Source: an uncultured virus (IMG/VR IMGVR_UViG_3300032456_000001) (taxonomy: Duplodnaviria > Heunggongvirae > Uroviricota > Caudoviricetes). Taken from it: a DNA stretch of 27,892 nt. The translations under genes and the position numbers were made by a program. Under the pieces are notes generated by a model. It was given only the letters and a program-made list of their open reading frames with translations, ran no database searches and was not told the origin of the DNA. The DNA lies in IMG/VR virus record IMGVR_UViG_3300032456_000001; one strand, given 5' to 3'. This document shows, one piece after another, positions 25,790-27,892 of this stretch (positions are counted from its first letter, which is position 1; each line of letters begins with the position of its first letter).

Positions 25790-27370
25790 ATGCCCACTGA
25801 CACAGGTAGGGCTTTTACTACTGCTAATTTTCTCACAGGCTTACCCGCTCTAAAGGCTATAAACTTTGGTAGCGCTGACCCCGCAGGTGTGTGGTTTGTA
25901 GTTCCAAATGTTTCAACAAACAATATCGAAGTTTGGGTCTGGCAACCAGCGTCAGTAGTCGCACCTGACGAAATCTCTGTCGTGCGACCGGATTCGGTAA
26001 TTCCGGGGAGTCCGGGACGCTGCATTCAAAGCCTTAAATTAGACGTATCTCAGATTGTAGGCATTCTGGGTTCTATTGCGAATTTAAGCACCAACGGCCT
26101 GATTAAAAAAGATGGGAACATTGCGAGCACGGCTACTCTCAGTGCCTTTGGAGAAACCTTAATTGATGATGCTGACAGTGCAGCAGGGAGGGCTACGCTC
26201 GGATTAGACAGTGTAAACAATACGGCTGATGCCGCCAAAAGTGTTGCAAGCGCGGCAACTCTAACACCTGGAAGAAATATCAACGGTGTTCTTTTTAACG
26301 GGTCAAGTAACATTACTCTAACTGCTGCAAATTTAGGGCTTGGCAGTGTAGACAATACTTCCGACGCTGGTAAACCTATTTCGAGTGCTACTCAAACCGC
26401 ACTTAATTTAAAAGCTGATTTAGCTAGTCCTACTTTTACTGGGAATTTAGTTATACCTAGCGCTGCCGGAACTTCTGTAGGTACTGTTTGGAGGAACGTT
26501 AACAATCTAGAGTACAAAGATAGTTTAAACGTTACTCAGATACTTTTAAATAGTGCTGGAAATCTAGTTAACTTATCTAATAAGCAGACAGCCTTAAACA
26601 CTTTATCGGGAACTCAAGTAGGCAATAGAGTTCTGAGAAGCGACGGGACTAATGTAACATTGTCTCAAGTCAGCCTAACAACTGATGTTATTAATGTTTT
26701 ACCTGGAACTTTAGGAGGAACTGGGCAATCGGTTTATACCGTTGGAGACGTACTGTTTGCTAGTACGACTACCGCTCTTTCCAAATTAGCTAATGTAGCT
26801 ACTGGAAATACTTTAATCTCTGGTGGGGTTGGAGTTGCGCCTAGTTATGGGAAAGTTGGGCTAACTACTCATATAAGTGGAGTTTTACCTATTTCCAATG
26901 GGGGGACTGGAAGTGCTACTCAGAATTTTGTGGACTTAACCGCCGCTCAAACAATTGGAGGTGCCAAAACTTTTGCTGCACCAATAGTTGTTACCAATAC
27001 CACAGCATCGACATCAACAACAACTGGAGCTTCTGTGGTTGCTGGAGGGGTTGGGGTAGGTGGTATTTTGAACGCTTCAGGATTACAAGCCCCTAACATT
27101 TGGGAACTAGAACCTAGAAGTGGCGCTACTGCGGTAAACGCGAATAATCTCGTGTATCCTCAATTTGCAGGGACTAAGTGGCTTGATGGAAGTGCAACCA
27201 ATTTAAATGTTCCTATTAATTCTGGAATGATTCATCAATTTGACACACTGTTTGGGACAGGTTCTCAAAATTTATATAGGGTTCAAGAATTTTATGTAAA
27301 CAATAGAAAATGGATGAGGCAAGAAAATAATGGTGTCTGGGCTGCTTGGAAAGAGTTTTCTTTCTTGTAA
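25790..27370 (+). CDS. Phage tail fibre protein
   Basis: Fibre repeat LGLGSVDNTSDAGKPISSATQTALNLKA, LPISNGGTG and QTIGGAKTF motifs, and a knob-like C-terminus (WMRQENNGVWAAWKEF). Confidence 0.85.
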   Translation: MPTDTGRAFTTANFLTGLPALKAINFGSADPAGVWFVVPNVSTNNIEVWVWQPASVVAPDEISVVRPDSVIPGSPGRCIQSLKLDVSQIVGILGSIANLSTNGLIKKDGNIASTATLSAFGETLIDDADSAAGRATLGLDSVNNTADAAKSVASAATLTPGRNINGVLFNGSSNITLTAANLGLGSVDNTSDAGKPISSATQTALNLKADLASPTFTGNLVIPSAAGTSVGTVWRNVNNLEYKDSLNVTQILLNSAGNLVNLSNKQTALNTLSGTQVGNRVLRSDGTNVTLSQVSLTTDVINVLPGTLGGTGQSVYTVGDVLFASTTTALSKLANVATGNTLISGGVGVAPSYGKVGLTTHISGVLPISNGGTGSATQNFVDLTAAQTIGGAKTFAAPIVVTNTTASTSTTTGASVVAGGVGVGGILNASGLQAPNIWELEPRSGATAVNANNLVYPQFAGTKWLDGSATNLNVPINSGMIHQFDTLFGTGSQNLYRVQEFYVNNRKWMRQENNGVWAAWKEFSFL

Positions 27371-27402
27371 ACATTAGAATAGTTTAATTATAATTTAAAT
27401 CA

Positions 27403-27892
27403 ATGCAACTAGAAACCGAATTGACCCCAACCAAAACTCAAATTGACAGAATATCAAGACTTGAGTATGACAGTGGAAAAGTCACAGTTTATTTTTCTAC
27501 ATCTCTGCAAATAGGTGGTGAAGAATTGGATGCAGTATTCGATATTAGCCGTCCAGTTACTTTAGACTTAGTAGAAATTCAAGATGCTTTAGATGTTATT
27601 TTTGCAGTAGCGTTTAATGCTAGGACAGCGCAATTATCAACGCCCGCAGACGGAACAATAGTTGACCCTCCCGACTATAGGGGATTCTACAATGAATTAA
27701 TCACAACTCAAATATTCGCCATTGCGCGACAGCAAGCAGGCGAGAATACGCAGGCTAACGCGGCTTACACAGACTTTGCGCTAGCACTATCTAGTGCGGT
27801 TTCTGGGAGCGTGAACTTGATAGCGCTGCAAGTTTGCCTAGATGAAATACTGACTGCTTTAGCCGATGTTCTACAACAAGAGGATTTGAGTG
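27403..27892 (+). CDS. Putative tail-fibre-associated protein, 3'-partial
   Basis: ATG at 27403 and open to the window end (MQLETELTPTK...PPDYRGFYNELI...). Not in the ORF track. Confidence 0.7.
   Translation, partial: MQLETELTPTKTQIDRISRLEYDSGKVTVYFSTSLQIGGEELDAVFDISRPVTLDLVEIQDALDVIFAVAFNARTAQLSTPADGTIVDPPDYRGFYNELITTQIFAIARQQAGENTQANAAYTDFALALSSAVSGSVNLIALQVCLDEILTALADVLQQEDLS

Larger units (their letters stand above)
1..27892. mobile_element. Prophage or phage-plasmid segment (tail module plus accessory/replication island); both ends lie outside the window
   Basis: Tape measure protein, tail and tail-fibre genes, phage-type replication initiator and many small hypothetical ORFs; no housekeeping genes. 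Confidence 0.85.

Noticed and set aside
19956..27370. Diversity-generating retroelement targeting the tail genes
   Set aside because: No reverse transcriptase and no template/variable repeat pair with adenine-specific mismatches was seen in the window.

Overview
This window looks like part of a temperate, long-tailed phage or phage-plasmid, probably from a cyanobacterium (inferred from the style of the IS ends and the gene families). It carries a tape measure protein with three 310-aa internal repeats, downstream tail and tail-fibre genes, a GT2 glycosyltransferase, two sulfotransferases and an orphan IetA-like AAA ATPase. The most notable part is a ~6.5 kb island (10.1-16.6 kb) that splits the tail module. 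On the minus strand it has two tandem expression cassettes, each built as strong sigma70 promoter + RBS, ORF, pseudoknotted type II hammerhead ribozyme, ORF. The second cassette continues through a mini tRNA-like element, now interrupted by a non-autonomous IscB-type IS200/605 element that keeps an intact omega/HEARO RNA, and ends in a stand-alone Csx15-like gene, a candidate anti-type III CRISPR ring nuclease. On the plus strand it has a replication-initiator gene with internal iterons and an antisense-RNA-controlled leader, interrupted by a TnpB-only IS605 element. All calls come from reading the sequence by eye; no database searches or folding programs were run.
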